Positions 10,841 through 23,733 of a DNA stretch of 64,000 bases are shown one piece after another. The first letter of the stretch is position 1; each line of letters starts with the position of its first letter. The stretch comes from Pantoea sp. Brub (GTDB lineage Bacteria > Pseudomonadota > Gammaproteobacteria > Enterobacterales > Enterobacteriaceae). The DNA lies in contig VOQV01000003.1 in assembly GCA_016642085.1 (NCBI GenBank), positions 15,347-79,346 of the forward strand. The letters run 5' to 3'. The notes beneath the pieces are model-generated. The model was given only the letters and a program-made list of their open reading frames with translations. It was not told the origin of the DNA and ran no database searches. The position numbers and the translations under genes were made by a program.

Positions 10841-13645
10841 TTAACTTATTAATACAAGTGCTTCATTAATTAAATTTTGCTGTTGTTGTTGGTGCAAAGA
10901 TGTATAACCAACTGCTGGTGAAGCAGACTCCGGACGACTTACATGTTTTAAAGTTGCATCTGCAGGTATTACTTTTCTAACATGGTATTGGATATAATAC
11001 CATGCTCCTTGATTTAAAGGTTCTTCTTGACACCAGATAAAATCTTTTACATGAAAATAAGATTTTAAGATTTTTTTTATTGCTTGATATGGAAATGGAT
11101 ATAATTGTTCAATACGAATTATGATTACATCATTTTTTTGTTTTTTATTGCGTTGAATGAATAAATCAAAAAACACTTTTCCTGAACACATTATTATTTT
11201 TTTAATGTATTTAGGATTAACATTTTTAATTTCTCCAATGACTGATTGAAATTGACCATTAACTATTTCTTCTAAATTTGAACTAGATAATGGATGACGA
11301 AGTAATGATTTGGGTGACATGACAATTAATGGTTTACGTACTTTAGATAAAGCTTGACGAACTAACATATGATATACTTGTGCTGGTGTAGAAGGAATAC
11401 AAATTTGCATGTTATTTTCAGCACAAAGTTGTAAATAACGTTCAAGTCGTGCAGAGGAATGTTCTGGACCTTGACCTTCGTATCCATGAGGTAACAACAT
11501 AACAATACCAGACATTTTACCCCATTTTTGTTCACCAGAACTAATGAATTGATCAATTACTACTTGAGCACCATTAGCAAAATCACCAAATTGTGCTTCC
11601 CAAATTGTTAAAACATCAGGATTGGTTATTGAATATCCATATTCAAATGCTAAAACTCCTTCTTCTGATAACACTGAATCACAAATTGTAAATGATCCTT
11701 GATTTTTACGTATATAATTTAAGGGAATATAAGTAGAACCATTAATTTGATCATGAATAACAGCATGACGGTGAAAAAATGTACCTCTACTAGAATCTTC
11801 ACCAGAAAATCTAATTGACACTCCTTGATCTAAGATAGTTGCATAAGCTAAATTTTCAGCAGCTCCCCAATCAAAATCTTTTAGACCTTCTGCCATTTGT
11901 TTGCGAGCATTATAAATTTTAGCAACCTGTGTTTGAATGTTTATTTCATTAGGAATTGTATTAATACAAGTAGCTAATTTTTGAATTTTTTGTACATTAG
12001 AAGATATATAATATAAATTTTCTTTATTAATATCATAGTTTAAGTATGGTGCCCATATGCAAGAATTTAAATCAATAGGACGCAATTCGTCAATAGTACA
12101 TGATCCTTTATGTAGTTTATCATAATAATTATTAGTCATATCAATAATATCTTTTTTATTAAGAATACCTTGTTGTATAAGAAATTCAGAATAAATTTGA
12201 TTAATACTAGGATGTTTTTGGACTTTTTGATACATTAATGGTTGAGTAACACTTGGTTCATCAGCTTCATTGTGCCCGTGGCGTCGATAACACACTAAAT
12301 CAATAAATACGTCTTTTTTAAATTTATTTCTATATTCTAAAGCTAAACGAGTTACGAAAATAACTGCTTCTATATTATCAGAATTTACGTGAAAAATAGG
12401 AACTGATATCATTTTACCAATATCAGTACAATAAATTGTTGAGCGAGCATCTTTTGGATTTGAAGTAGTAAATCCTATTTGATTATTAATGACAATATGT
12501 AATGTACCACCAACTGTATAACTAGGTGTTTGAGACATATTTAAAGTTTCTTGCACTACACCTTGAGCAATTACAGCAGCGTCACCATGTATATTTATTG
12601 GTAATATGTTATTATTTATGTTATTAATGCGATCTATACGTGCACGCACTGATCCCATAATAACAGGATTAATAATTTCAAGATGTGATGGATTAAACGC
12701 TAATACTAAATGTATTAAACCATATGTTGTTTGCATATTAGAAGAAAATCCCATATGGTATTTTACATCTCCTGTGCCTGTTGTTTTTTTAGTATATTTA
12801 CCAGAAAATTCATCGAATAAATCTTGAGATTTTTTACCTAATACATTAATTAATACATTCAGTCGACCACGATGCGCCATTCCTATTACTATTTCTTGAA
12901 TATTTTGTTTTGCTGAATGACTAATTATTTGACGCAACATAGGAATTAAAACTTCTCCTCCTTCTATAGAAAAACGTTTAGCTCCTGGAAATTTTGTACT
13001 TAAATATTTTTCTAAGCCTTCAGCTGAAATTAAATTTTGTAAAAATATTTTTTGCTCTTCTGCACTAAACTCAATCATACCCATTGTTGATTCTATGTAT
13101 TCTTGTATCCATAGTTTTTCTTTAACCTCATTAACGTGCATATATTCAAAACCAATATCTTTACAGTAAATTTTTTCTAAAACTTTTATTAAATCAGTGA
13201 ATTTACCATATTTAATACCAAAACAATTTATATTAATGATTTCTTGAAAATTAATATCATTTAAATCTAATAAAGATGTATTTATCTTACTTTTTTTATA
13301 TAAACCAAGTGGGTCTAAATTAGCATATTGATGACCATGATAACGAAATATATCAATTAATTGATATATTTTAATTTTTTGTAAAATATTTAAATCTTGA
13401 CAAACATGTTCTAAGTTGTAACCACGAAATTTTTTCTCTACAAAACGAAAAGATTCTCGTATGCGAGAATGCAATTGTTCAAGACTAATATCTGTACCTG
13501 CTATTTTTGTAAAAACATTATACCAATCTTTGTCAACAGAATTAGAATTAATTAAAAAATCTTCATAAAGATTTTCTATGTAAGATTGATTTATTCCAGA
13601 AAGCCAGGAAGAATTTAACAAAAAAATAATTTCATTATTTTGCAT
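10841..13645 (-). CDS. sucA: 2-oxoglutarate dehydrogenase E1 component
   Basis: 934-aa ORF, full-length match in size and sequence character to E. coli SucA (933 aa). It lies upstream of sucB. Confidence 0.95.
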   Translation of the reverse strand: MQNNEIIFLLNSSWLSGINQSYIENLYEDFLINSNSVDKDWYNVFTKIAGTDISLEQLHSRIRESFRFVEKKFRGYNLEHVCQDLNILQKIKIYQLIDIFRYHGHQYANLDPLGLYKKSKINTSLLDLNDINFQEIININCFGIKYGKFTDLIKVLEKIYCKDIGFEYMHVNEVKEKLWIQEYIESTMGMIEFSAEEQKIFLQNLISAEGLEKYLSTKFPGAKRFSIEGGEVLIPMLRQIISHSAKQNIQEIVIGMAHRGRLNVLINVLGKKSQDLFDEFSGKYTKKTTGTGDVKYHMGFSSNMQTTYGLIHLVLAFNPSHLEIINPVIMGSVRARIDRINNINNNILPINIHGDAAVIAQGVVQETLNMSQTPSYTVGGTLHIVINNQIGFTTSNPKDARSTIYCTDIGKMISVPIFHVNSDNIEAVIFVTRLALEYRNKFKKDVFIDLVCYRRHGHNEADEPSVTQPLMYQKVQKHPSINQIYSEFLIQQGILNKKDIIDMTNNYYDKLHKGSCTIDELRPIDLNSCIWAPYLNYDINKENLYYISSNVQKIQKLATCINTIPNEINIQTQVAKIYNARKQMAEGLKDFDWGAAENLAYATILDQGVSIRFSGEDSSRGTFFHRHAVIHDQINGSTYIPLNYIRKNQGSFTICDSVLSEEGVLAFEYGYSITNPDVLTIWEAQFGDFANGAQVVIDQFISSGEQKWGKMSGIVMLLPHGYEGQGPEHSSARLERYLQLCAENNMQICIPSTPAQVYHMLVRQALSKVRKPLIVMSPKSLLRHPLSSSNLEEIVNGQFQSVIGEIKNVNPKYIKKIIMCSGKVFFDLFIQRNKKQKNDVIIIRIEQLYPFPYQAIKKILKSYFHVKDFIWCQEEPLNQGAWYYIQYHVRKVIPADATLKHVSRPESASPAVGYTSLHQQQQQNLINEALVLIS

Positions 13646-13845
13646 AATTATCCTTTAAATATTAAATATGCTTTTATTGTTAAGTGATTTTTAAAATTTT
13701 ATTAACAAATAATTCTAACAAAATTAATATTTGTTAAAAAATAATTTATTTAAATTAATTTTCACTGCAACTAATATAAAATTTGTTTTATAAAGATTTA
13801 TTTTTCAATTTAATAAAATATTTTTTAATATTTATAAGTTATAAA

Positions 13846-14568
13846 TTACAATTCATGTTTTAATAACATTAATTTAATATGTTTAATTGCACTTGTTGGA
13901 TTAAGTCCTTTTGGACATACATCAACACAATTCATAATACTATGACAACGAAATACACTAAAAGCATCACTTAATTCATTAAGGCGCATATCATGTGCAG
14001 TATCTCGACTATCAACTAAGAATCGATAAGCTGCTAGTAGACCAGCAGGACCAATGAATTTATCTGGATTCCACCAAAAAGATGGACAAGCAGTTGAACA
14101 ACAAGCACAGAGAATACATTCATATAATCCATCTAAACATTTTCTTTCATTTGGTGATTGAAGGTATTCTTTAACAGGCAAATTAGTTTCATTATTTAAT
14201 AGAAATGGTTTAATTTTTTTATATTGTTCATAAAATTGATGCATATCTACTATTAAATCTCTAATAATTGGTAATCCAGGTAGAGGACGAATTTTAATTT
14301 TTTTATTACGAAAATTAATAAAAGTTGAAATTGGTGTAATACAAGCTAAATAATTTTTACCATTTATATTTAAACCATCAGAACCACATACACCTTCACG
14401 ACAAGAACGTCTAAATGATAAAGTAGGATCTTGTTGTTCTTTTACAATCATGAGTAAATCAAGTAACATCATATCCTGATTTTGTTTAATTGCAATGCTA
14501 TAATTTTGCATATATGGTTTATCATTAACTATTGGATTATAACGATAAATTGAAAGTTTAACTTCCAT
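13846..14568 (-). CDS. sdhB: succinate dehydrogenase iron-sulfur subunit
   Basis: 240-aa ORF with three Cys clusters (CREGVCGSDG, CILCACCSTAC, CHSIMNCVDVCP). Confidence 0.95.
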   Translation of the reverse strand: MEVKLSIYRYNPIVNDKPYMQNYSIAIKQNQDMMLLDLLMIVKEQQDPTLSFRRSCREGVCGSDGLNINGKNYLACITPISTFINFRNKKIKIRPLPGLPIIRDLIVDMHQFYEQYKKIKPFLLNNETNLPVKEYLQSPNERKCLDGLYECILCACCSTACPSFWWNPDKFIGPAGLLAAYRFLVDSRDTAHDMRLNELSDAFSVFRCHSIMNCVDVCPKGLNPTSAIKHIKLMLLKHEL

Positions 14569-14585
14569 TATGATGTCTCATTCAT

Positions 14586-16349
14586 TTAATATACACGTGC
14601 TTTTGGAGTAAAGGATGAACAAAATTTTGGTGTTGTATTAACTTTGCGTTTTATCATACTCTCATTTTTAGGTATATATACAGTATGACATAACCAATTT
14701 TTGTCATCACGTTCAGGAAAATCAAATCTATTATGAGCTCCCCTGCTTTCTTTACGATAATTTGCTGATATAGCAGTTGCATATGCTGTTTCCATCAAAT
14801 TATCTAGTTCAAGACATTCTATCAGTTGTGTATTAAAACATGAAGAATAATCATCAAGAGAAACTAATTTTAGTCTTTTACGAATATCTTGTAATTCTTT
14901 GAGACCTTGAGACATAGTATTACCTTCTCTAAACACAGAAAAATTATTTTGCATACACTGTTGTAAAGATTTGCGTATATTTGCTAAATTTTCATGTCCA
15001 ACATTATTTTTCCATCTATCTAAGCGTGATACAGCAAGTTGAATTTCTTTATTAGATGCTTGATGTAAATTTCCTTGTTCTTTAATACTATTTGATAAAT
15101 GTAAGCCAACTGATCTACCAAAAACGATTAGATCTAATAAAGAATTACCTCCAAGACGATTAGCACCATGTACTGATACACAGGCTACTTCACCTACTGC
15201 AAATAAACCATGAATAACCTTTTCATGGTTTTCATCTATTTGTAATACTTGACCAGTTATTTTAGTTGGAATACCACCCATCATATAATGACAAGTGGGA
15301 ATTACTGGAATAGGTTCTTTTGTGGCATCAACATGAGCAAAAGTTTTAGATAATTCAAGAATACCTGGTAGTCTTGAATTAAGAATATTTTGTCCAAGAT
15401 GATCTAATTTTAATTGAATATATGAACCATAAGAACTATCAAAACCTCTACCTTCTCTAATTTCAATCATCATTGAACGAGAAACAACATCACGACTAGC
15501 AAGATCTTTAGCATTTGGCGCATAACGTTCCATAAAACGTTCACCATATTTATTTAGCAAAAAACCACCTTCTCCTCTACAACCTTCAGTTATTAATACT
15601 CCAGAACCAGCAATACCAGTCGGATGAAATTGCCACATTTCCATATCTTGCACTGCTATCCCTGCTCTTAAAGCCATTCCAATGCCATCACCTGTATTAA
15701 TATAAGCATTAGTAGTAGATTGGTATATTCTTCCAGCACCACCAGTTGCTAAAATAGTAGCTTTAGCTTTAAAATAAACTAATTCACTATTTTCAATATT
15801 TATAGCGACACAACCAACTATTGCACTATTAATATTTTTTACTAAATCTAGTGCATACCATTCTGAAAAAATAGTAGTTTTATTTTTTAAATTTTGTTGA
15901 TATAAAGTATGCAATAGTGCATGACCAGTACGATCAGCAGCTGCAGCAGTTCTACTAGCTTGTTCACCACCAAAATTTTTTGATTGACCACCAAAAGGAC
16001 GTTGATATATCATCCCATTTTCAAGACGAGAAAAAGGCAAACCCATATGTTCTAATTCTAAAATTGCTTGAGGTCCATTTTTACACATATATTCAATTGC
16101 ATGTTGATCTCCAATATAATCTGAACCTTTAACAGTATCATACATATGCCATTTCCAATCATCTTCATGAACATTGCCTAAAGCAACAGTAATGCCACCT
16201 TGCGCAGATACAGTATGAGATCGTGTAGGAAACACTTTGGATAATATAGCACAACTATGCCCTGATTTAGAAATCTGAAGTGCAGATCTCATTCCTGCAC
16301 CTCCTGCACCTATTACTATGGCATCGAACTCTTTAGTTGGTATATCCAT
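14586..16349 (-). CDS. sdhA: succinate dehydrogenase flavoprotein subunit
   Basis: 587-aa ORF with FAD-binding [13 protein letters not shown] and the covalent-FAD His context [10 protein letters not shown]. Confidence 0.95.
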   Translation of the reverse strand: MDIPTKEFDAIVIGAGGAGMRSALQISKSGHSCAILSKVFPTRSHTVSAQGGITVALGNVHEDDWKWHMYDTVKGSDYIGDQHAIEYMCKNGPQAILELEHMGLPFSRLENGMIYQRPFGGQSKNFGGEQASRTAAAADRTGHALLHTLYQQNLKNKTTIFSEWYALDLVKNINSAIVGCVAINIENSELVYFKAKATILATGGAGRIYQSTTNAYINTGDGIGMALRAGIAVQDMEMWQFHPTGIAGSGVLITEGCRGEGGFLLNKYGERFMERYAPNAKDLASRDVVSRSMMIEIREGRGFDSSYGSYIQLKLDHLGQNILNSRLPGILELSKTFAHVDATKEPIPVIPTCHYMMGGIPTKITGQVLQIDENHEKVIHGLFAVGEVACVSVHGANRLGGNSLLDLIVFGRSVGLHLSNSIKEQGNLHQASNKEIQLAVSRLDRWKNNVGHENLANIRKSLQQCMQNNFSVFREGNTMSQGLKELQDIRKRLKLVSLDDYSSCFNTQLIECLELDNLMETAYATAISANYRKESRGAHNRFDFPERDDKNWLCHTVYIPKNESMIKRKVNTTPKFCSSFTPKARVY

Positions 16350-16700
16350 TTAACCTCCACATACTATAACACATCCAAAAATAACATATGATAATAATAC
16401 AATTATTGCTATAATTTGTATAATATAGCGTATAGATATTAATTTTACATAATCTGTTAATACTTGCCAAATTCCTATCCAACCATGGATTAGAATAGAA
16501 AACAAGGTTAATATCGTAAACACTTTAGTAAAGTTTAAGTTAAAAAAATTATACCAAATCTCATAATTTAATTTGGTATTCATTATTATAAAACCAAGTA
16601 TATAAAATATATACAACATTATTATAACAGCTGAAGTACGTAGCAATAACCAATCTTGAATACCATTGCGCCCTAAAGCAGATGAATGATTATTTACCAT
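16350..16700 (-). CDS. sdhD: succinate dehydrogenase membrane anchor subunit
   Basis: 116-aa hydrophobic ORF lying directly between sdhC and sdhA. It overlaps sdhC by 7 nt. Confidence 0.88.
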   Translation of the reverse strand: MVNNHSSALGRNGIQDWLLLRTSAVIIMLYIFYILGFIIMNTKLNYEIWYNFFNLNFTKVFTILTLFSILIHGWIGIWQVLTDYVKLISIRYIIQIIAIIVLLSYVIFGCVIVCGG

Positions 16701-17071
16701 ATAAATACTCCAATTAATATTGATAGTATCAAAGTAATAATAAATGCTACATAAGAAGAATATACTCCTGACTTAAATGTTTTTATTAAAAAACCAAAAT
16801 CCATTACTAAGTGACGAATTCCACTTATTAAATGGTATATTAATATTATTGATATACCCCAAAGAAATATCTTACTATAAAAATTATTAATAATAGATAC
16901 AGTATATTTAAAATTTTTAGGAGAAGATAAAGATTTATGTAGTATCCATAGCATAATACCAGGAGTAAATAATATTATTATACCAGAAATACGATGCAAT
17001 ATAGACGATATAGCTGTGATAGGAAATCTAATCGTCATAAGTTTTAAATTGATAGGTCTTGAGGTTTTCAC
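16694..17071 (-). CDS. sdhC: succinate dehydrogenase cytochrome b556 subunit (GTG start)
   Basis: 125-aa ORF. RPINLKLMTIRFPITAISSILHRISG parallels E. coli SdhC RPVNLDLQTIRFPITAIASILHRVSG. Confidence 0.9.
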   Translation of the reverse strand: MKTSRPINLKLMTIRFPITAISSILHRISGIIILFTPGIMLWILHKSLSSPKNFKYTVSIINNFYSKIFLWGISIILIYHLISGIRHLVMDFGFLIKTFKSGVYSSYVAFIITLILSILIGVFIW

Positions 17072-17562
17072 AAAGTTATCACTTCTTTAGAGACTTTAAA
17101 TTTACATAAAATAATACTAAATTATACGTTCAAGATACAATTTTTTAATAAAAAATATTAATTGTAACTAATAAAAAATTAACATCTATACTAAAATATC
17201 ATAATATTTAATATAATTCATATACAAATTTTTAAGTAAATTGAAAAGATAGTGATATTAATCACGATTTTTATAACAAATATTATCTGTTTAAAATATT
17301 AGATTAGTCAATTTTGTTAATGTAAATATAAATAAAAAAACAAATTCAAATATTGAGTGATGCTAAAGAAAAAATATTATTTTTTAATATATATGTAATT
17401 AAAAATATTCAATTATTTAAATGTATAATAGAATTAGTAGTTATAATGTCTATTTGTATAATTTGAATTATTCTAATAATTAATAAAACAAGATACCAAT
17501 TGCTAATATAAATTATTATGATCATGAAATTATTTTATATAAATGTATTTGAGGAATAATAT
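17072..17562. promoter_or_regulatory. divergent gltA / sdhCDAB control region (promoters not mapped)
   Basis: 491-bp non-coding spacer between head-to-head sdhC and gltA, as in E. coli. Assigned by position only. Confidence 0.3.
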
Positions 17563-18849
17563 ATGATACATAAAAAAGTTAAATTGATTGCACAAGACGG
17601 TAGTACTATTGAATTAAAAGTATTAAATAGTACTTTAGGAAAAGACGTAATTGATATTAGAAATCTTTCTTCTCATAAATTATTTACTTTTGATCCAGGA
17701 TTTACTTCTACTGCTTCATGTGAATCAAAAATTACTTTTATCGATGGTGAAAAAGGTATATTATTATATCGTGGTTTTCCTGTAGATCAATTGGCTAATC
17801 ATTCTAATTATTTAGAAGTTTGTTATATACTTCTGTATGGTGAAATACCTACAAAAAAACAATTTAAAGAATTCAAAAAAACAGTTATACGTCATACAAT
17901 GATTCATGAACAAATTACAAGATTATTTAATGGATTTCGTAGAGATTCTCATCCTATGGCTGTTTTGTGTGGTGTTGTTGGGGCATTAGCTGCATTTTAC
18001 CATGATTCACTTGATGTTAATATTGAAAGACATAGAGAAATTGCAGCATTTAGATTATTATCTAAAATGCCTACTGTAGCAGCAATGTGTTATAAATATT
18101 CTATTGGTCAACCATTTGTATATCCACGTAATGATCTTTCTTACTCAGGTAATTTTTTACATATGATGTTTTCTACACCTTGTGAAATATACGTATCTAA
18201 TCCTATTTTAGAAAGAGCTATGGATAAAATTTTAATTCTTCATGCCGATCATGAACAAAATGCTTCTACTTCAACAGTTAGGACTGCTGGTTCTTCAGGA
18301 GCAAATCCATTTGCATGTATATCAGCTGGCATTGCCTCATTATGGGGACCAGCTCATGGTGGTGCAAATGAAGCATGTTTACGTATGTTAGAAGAAATTA
18401 ATACTGTTGATCATATTCCAAAATTTATACAACGTGCAAAAGATAAAAATGACTCTTTTCGTCTTATGGGTTTTGGTCATAGAGTTTATAAAAATTATGA
18501 TCCACGTGCAATAGTAATGCGTAATGTCTGTCATGAAGTATTAAATGAATTAGGCATACAAGATAAACTCTTAGAAGTTGCTTTACAATTAGAAAATATA
18601 GCATTGAATGATAAATATTTTATTGATAGAAAACTTTACCCTAATGTAGATTTTTATTCTGGTATTATTTTAAAAGCAATGGGTATTCCATCTTCGATGT
18701 TTACTGTTATTTTCGCAATGGCTCGCACAGTAGGTTGGATTGCACATTGGACAGAAATGCATAAAAATAATATGAAAATTGCTAGGCCACGTCAATTATA
18801 TACTGGTTATACTAAACGCAAATTTATTCATAATAATATCAAATTGTGA
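17563..18849 (+). CDS. gltA: citrate synthase
   Basis: 428-aa ORF with conserved [13 protein letters not shown] and [10 protein letters not shown] motifs. Confidence 0.95.
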   Translation: MIHKKVKLIAQDGSTIELKVLNSTLGKDVIDIRNLSSHKLFTFDPGFTSTASCESKITFIDGEKGILLYRGFPVDQLANHSNYLEVCYILLYGEIPTKKQFKEFKKTVIRHTMIHEQITRLFNGFRRDSHPMAVLCGVVGALAAFYHDSLDVNIERHREIAAFRLLSKMPTVAAMCYKYSIGQPFVYPRNDLSYSGNFLHMMFSTPCEIYVSNPILERAMDKILILHADHEQNASTSTVRTAGSSGANPFACISAGIASLWGPAHGGANEACLRMLEEINTVDHIPKFIQRAKDKNDSFRLMGFGHRVYKNYDPRAIVMRNVCHEVLNELGIQDKLLEVALQLENIALNDKYFIDRKLYPNVDFYSGIILKAMGIPSSMFTVIFAMARTVGWIAHWTEMHKNNMKIARPRQLYTGYTKRKFIHNNIKL

Positions 18850-18942
18850 TTAATGAATTATTTATGATTATTTCATATATATAATATATTTATTGAAATC
18901 ATAATTTGAAGTAAAGATAATACTGAATATTTAATAATATTA

Positions 18943-20577
18943 TTAGTTAATATTATCGACAATGTCGATTGTTTCTCTTTCGATTTGTATACGATGATTA
19001 TTATTTAAAAAACTTTCACTGTATATTTTATATGAGCATTCTGTACCAGAAGGACGAACAGCACACCAACCATTTTGAGTTATTATTTTAAATCCATTAA
19101 AATTAATACCGTTACTAGAATCAATAGACAAATTAGAAATAATTGGATCTCCTGCTAACATATTAATGTTAATTAGTTGTGGTGAAAAATTTGATAATCT
19201 ATTTTTTTTTAAAAATGTTGTAACTTTATGTAAGCAATTATAATGAGCAGGACCAAAACGTTCATATAATTCATGGTAATGTTCTTGAATGGTTTTCCCA
19301 GTTTTTGCAGTAATTTCAGCTGCTAAAAGGCATAATAATATTCCATCTTTATCTGTTGACCAAGGTTGTCCATCAAAGCATAAAAAAGAACCTCCAGCGC
19401 TTTCTTCACCTACAAAACCAAATATACTATTTGATAAACCATTAACAAACCATTTAAAACCAACTGGTAACTCAATTATTCTACGTCCTATATTTTGTAC
19501 TACTTGATTAATTATTGAACTAGATACTAGACTTTTTCCTACATAAATATTTTTATTCCAATTTAAACGATGTTGAAATAAATAATTAATGGCAACTATC
19601 ATATAATTATTAGGTTTTATTAATCCTGTCGGTAAAATAATCCCATAACGATCATTATCTGGATCATTGCAAAATAATAAATCAAATTTATTGCGATATT
19701 TCAATGAATTTATTATACAGTATTTAGATGAGCAATCCATTCTTATTAAACCATCTTTATCAAGATGCATAAAACTAAAAGTTTTATCTATATTATTGTT
19801 TAGCATAGTAATATCAAGTTTATAATATTCTCCAATGCGTTCCCAATATTCAATACCAGCGCTTCCAAGAGGATCTATACCTATTTTTAAAGATGATTGT
19901 TTAATACACGAGAAATTAATTACTTTTATTAAATCTTCTACATAAGGTTGAATTAAATCTTTTTTGATAATTAAACCATTTCTTAATGCTTTGTTAAAAG
20001 ATAAACGCTTTATTTTTTTTATATTATATTTTATTATTTTATTAGCTTTATTTTCTATCGATTGTGTAATTTTAATATTAGCAGGACCACCATTTGGTGT
20101 ATTATATTTAATACCACCATATTCTGGAGGGTTATGAGATGAAGTAATAATTATACCATCAGCTAAAGAAGAATGCATTTTATTATATTCTAAAATAGCA
20201 TGAGAGATTGAAGGAGTAGGAGTATAACCATTATTCTGTTGTATAATTACATTTACATGATTAGCAGTTAATACTTCTAATATGGATAGTATAGCTGGTT
20301 CCGAAAGCGCATGTGTATCCTTGCCAATATAACATGGACCTGTAATGCCATGATATATTCTTTGTTCTATAATTGCTTGTGCTATTGCTATGAGATGTAT
20401 TTCATTAAAACTTTGACTCTGTGAAGTACCACGGTGTCCTGAAGTACCAAATTTTACCATGTTTTCTGAGTTTATTGCATCTGGTTGTGCCCAATAATAT
20501 TGAGAAATTAATTTATCGACATTAATTAAATTATTTTTTTGATCGCATTGTTTAGTACAAATATGATTACTAATCAT
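18943..20577 (-). CDS. pgm: phosphoglucomutase
   Basis: 544-aa ORF with the phosphoserine loop TSSHNPPEYGGIKYN. Its size matches E. coli Pgm. Confidence 0.93.
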   Translation of the reverse strand: MISNHICTKQCDQKNNLINVDKLISQYYWAQPDAINSENMVKFGTSGHRGTSQSQSFNEIHLIAIAQAIIEQRIYHGITGPCYIGKDTHALSEPAILSILEVLTANHVNVIIQQNNGYTPTPSISHAILEYNKMHSSLADGIIITSSHNPPEYGGIKYNTPNGGPANIKITQSIENKANKIIKYNIKKIKRLSFNKALRNGLIIKKDLIQPYVEDLIKVINFSCIKQSSLKIGIDPLGSAGIEYWERIGEYYKLDITMLNNNIDKTFSFMHLDKDGLIRMDCSSKYCIINSLKYRNKFDLLFCNDPDNDRYGIILPTGLIKPNNYMIVAINYLFQHRLNWNKNIYVGKSLVSSSIINQVVQNIGRRIIELPVGFKWFVNGLSNSIFGFVGEESAGGSFLCFDGQPWSTDKDGILLCLLAAEITAKTGKTIQEHYHELYERFGPAHYNCLHKVTTFLKKNRLSNFSPQLININMLAGDPIISNLSIDSSNGINFNGFKIITQNGWCAVRPSGTECSYKIYSESFLNNNHRIQIERETIDIVDNIN

Positions 20578-20835
20578 TTATAATTCTCCATAAATTATTA
20601 CATTTATTTTTTTAATTAATAATTTATAATTTGTTATTACAAACCTATAATTTTATAGAATAATAGAAAAAAATACAAAAAACTGTTTTTCTATATATCT
20701 ATTATTTTTTAGTTAAAATACTTTGTTAAACGTTATCAAAACAAGTATAATTACTTTTGTTCCGTGTATAAATATTGATACTATTTAATAATTTATGTCA
20801 TTTTGATGATATCCTATATTTTAAAGGAAGTATGT

Positions 20836-21348
20836 ATGAATACAATAGGTATTTTTTTTGGTAGTGATACTGGTAATACAGAAAAAATTGCATATATGAT
20901 TCAAGAAAAGTTAGGAGAAAATTTTGCAAAAGTTTTTGATATAGCAAATTGTACAAAACAAGATTTAGAAAAATTTAATATACTTATATTTGGTTGTCCA
21001 ACTTGGTATTATGGTGAAGTACAATGTGATTGGGATGATTTTTTACCAATATTAAAAACAATCAAATTCACCAATAAAATTGTATCTTTGTTTGGTTGTG
21101 GAGATCAAGAAGATTATACAGAATATTTTTGTGACGCCATAGGTATTATCCATAATATTATTACAGATAATGGTGCAAATATAATAGGTTATTGGTCTAC
21201 TGATGGATATAATTTTGAATCTTCAAAAAGTTTAATAAACGAAAAACAATTTATGGGATTGATAATTGATGAGGACCGCCAACCAGAATTAACTGCAGAT
21301 AGAGTAAATAAATGGGTTCAACAAGTCTCTACAGAAATGAAAATGTAA
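20836..21348 (+). CDS. fldA: flavodoxin 1
   Basis: The ORF track starts at 20803. The ATG at 20836 ([16 protein letters not shown]), preceded by AAAGGAAG, matches the FldA N-terminus. Confidence 0.9.
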   Translation: MNTIGIFFGSDTGNTEKIAYMIQEKLGENFAKVFDIANCTKQDLEKFNILIFGCPTWYYGEVQCDWDDFLPILKTIKFTNKIVSLFGCGDQEDYTEYFCDAIGIIHNIITDNGANIIGYWSTDGYNFESSKSLINEKQFMGLIIDEDRQPELTADRVNKWVQQVSTEMKM

Positions 21349-21361
21349 TAAAAAAATAATT

Positions 21362-23029
21362 TTATGACAACTTTTTTAAAGTATCACGCAAATTAACAAT
21401 TTGATTAAAAACTAAATGTGATGGTTTAGATAAACATGGATCAGCACAAAAATAACCTTCACGTTCAAATTGATATGGTTTTGTAGCAATTGCTTTCTTA
21501 AGATTAGGTTCAACATACCCTTTTTTAATTTTTAAAGATTTTTTATTAAATGCATCTAAAAAATTGTTTTCCAAACCAGGATTGGAAATATCAAATAAAT
21601 TGTCATAAATTCGAAATTCGGCAGGTTGAGCATGTTTTATTGAAACCCAATGAATAATACCTTTAATTTTTTTACCATCTATTGGATGTTTGTGTAAAGT
21701 ATCTAAATTACATGTACAATAAATACAAACTACATTTCCTACATTATCTTTTTCAATTGATTCAGCACGTATTATATAAGCATTACGTAAACGTACCTGC
21801 CCTCCAAGTACTAAGCGCTTAAAAAATTTATTTTTTGCAACTTCTTGAAAATCATATCTATCTATCCAAAGATATTTACTAAAAGGTACAGTACGACTCC
21901 CCATAGTAATATTATTTGGATGATTTGGCATGGTCATTATTTCATAATAGTCATCTGGAAGATTATTAATTATGATTTGTATTGGGTTTAAAACTGCCAT
22001 AGCACGTGGAGCAATTTTATTTAAATCATTACGAATACATGATTCTAATAGAGATTTTTCTACAATATTATTTTGTTTAGTGACACCAATACGGTAACAA
22101 AATTCACGAATTGATGCAGCAGTATAACCACGACGTCTTAATCCAGAAATTGTTAGCATACGCGGATCATCCCATCCTTCAACATATTTTCTTTCTACTA
22201 ATTGATTAAGCTTACGTTTTGACATAACTGCATATTCTAAATTTAATCTAGAAAATTCATATTGTTTTGGACACTTAGTAATACTAATATGTTTTAATAT
22301 CCAATCATATAAACGTCTATTATCTTGAAATTCTAGAGTACATAATGAATGAGTTATTCCTTCTATTGCATCAGAAATACAATGAGCAAAATCATACATA
22401 GGATAAATACACCATTTATCTCCTGTTTGATGATGTTTAATATATCTAATGCGATATAAAACAGGATCACGCATTATAACATAACTAGAAGTCATATCAA
22501 TTTTAGCACGTAAACAAGCTTGTCCTTCATTGAATTCACCATTTCGCATTTTTTTAAAAAGTATTATATTTTCTTGAATAGTTCTATTTCGGTATGGACT
22601 ATTTTTACCGGGGGTAGTTAGTGTTCCACGATATTCACGAATTTTTTCTGGAGTTAATTCATCTACATAAGCTAAATTAGCTTCAATTAGTTCAATTGCA
22701 TATTTATATAGTTCTTCAAAATAATCAGATGAATAACGAACATTCCCATGCCAAGAAAATCCTAACCATTTTATATCTTCTTGAATAGATTCAATAAAAT
22801 GAGTATTTTCTTTCGTAGGGTTTGTATCATCGAAACGTAAATTACATTTGCCTTGAAAATGTTTTGCAATTCCAAAATTTAGGCATATAGATTTCGCATG
22901 ACCTATATGAAGATAACCATTAGGTTCTGGAGGAAAACGAGTATGAATATTTTTATGTTTGCCATTTAGTAAATCACTTTCAATAATTTGAAATATAAAA
23001 TTATTGAAAGAAATCTTATGTTTTATCAT
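21362..23029 (-). CDS. glnS: glutamine--tRNA ligase
   Basis: 555-aa ORF with class-I HIGH ([12 protein letters not shown]) and KMSKS-type (VMSKRKL) motifs. Confidence 0.95.
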   Translation of the reverse strand: MIKHKISFNNFIFQIIESDLLNGKHKNIHTRFPPEPNGYLHIGHAKSICLNFGIAKHFQGKCNLRFDDTNPTKENTHFIESIQEDIKWLGFSWHGNVRYSSDYFEELYKYAIELIEANLAYVDELTPEKIREYRGTLTTPGKNSPYRNRTIQENIILFKKMRNGEFNEGQACLRAKIDMTSSYVIMRDPVLYRIRYIKHHQTGDKWCIYPMYDFAHCISDAIEGITHSLCTLEFQDNRRLYDWILKHISITKCPKQYEFSRLNLEYAVMSKRKLNQLVERKYVEGWDDPRMLTISGLRRRGYTAASIREFCYRIGVTKQNNIVEKSLLESCIRNDLNKIAPRAMAVLNPIQIIINNLPDDYYEIMTMPNHPNNITMGSRTVPFSKYLWIDRYDFQEVAKNKFFKRLVLGGQVRLRNAYIIRAESIEKDNVGNVVCIYCTCNLDTLHKHPIDGKKIKGIIHWVSIKHAQPAEFRIYDNLFDISNPGLENNFLDAFNKKSLKIKKGYVEPNLKKAIATKPYQFEREGYFCADPCLSKPSHLVFNQIVNLRDTLKKLS

Positions 23030-23583
23030 TGATTGAAATATTTAATCCTAATGTATATTTCATAATCATAACTATGACACTAATAATATAATAATTATTT
23101 TATTATTGAAATAGCTTAATTACTAAATGTTTAATTTACTAAAATATAACATATCATAATATGATATATAATATGAATTATTTTATATAACTAAGATAAT
23201 AAAATTATCAATTTTAAATAAATGTACATATACAATATTATTGTAATAATTATTAGTTATAATTGATATTATAATTGCAACGTATAATAAATGATAAATG
23301 AAATATTAATTAAATATTATAATAAATAATATTAAAAAATATTTGTTTGATATATATTATAAAATAGTATTTTATTAGAATTCAAATGAATATCTTATAG
23401 ATATATGTTAAAATATATAGACTACTGATTCAATTAATAATTATTTTAAATAATAAATAACTAATTATAAAATATGAATATTCATATATCAATACTATAT
23501 GTTATTATGTTATTCTATATGTTTGATTATATATAAATTATAATATTCTATATATGTACATTTATAATTTAATAAAATAATAG

Positions 23584-23612
23584 TTGACGATATCTAACTA
23601 AATAAGCATACT
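23584..23612 (+). promoter_or_regulatory. candidate sigma70 promoter of the tRNA Met-Leu-Gln cluster
   Basis: TTGACG (23584-23589), a 17-nt spacer, then CATACT (23607-12), about 40 nt upstream of the first tRNA. This rests on motif spacing only. Confidence 0.35.
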
Positions 23613-23653
23613 TTGATCAAACAAATTAACATTTTTTTAACAAATAATACAAA

Positions 23654-23727
23654 AGCTACGTAGCTCAGTTGGTTAGAGCACAGCACTCATAATGCTGGGG
23701 TCATGGGTTCAATTCCCATCGTAGCTA
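23654..23727 (+). tRNA. metT: tRNA-Met (CAU), elongator type
   Basis: AGCTACGTAGCTCAGTTGGTTAGAGCACAGCACTCATAATGCTGGGGTCATGGGTTCAATTCCCATCGTAGCTA is near-identical to E. coli metT. Acceptor stem AGCTACG/CGTAGCT. No encoded CCA. Confidence 0.92.
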
Positions 23728-23733
23728 CTGTTC

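Noticed and set aside
17422-17462. Two TGTATAAT motifs (17422-17429 and 17455-17462) upstream of gltA, considered as promoter -10 elements.
   Set aside because: TATAAT-like hexamers are ubiquitous at this base composition. Without a -35 partner or transcript data they cannot be told apart from background.
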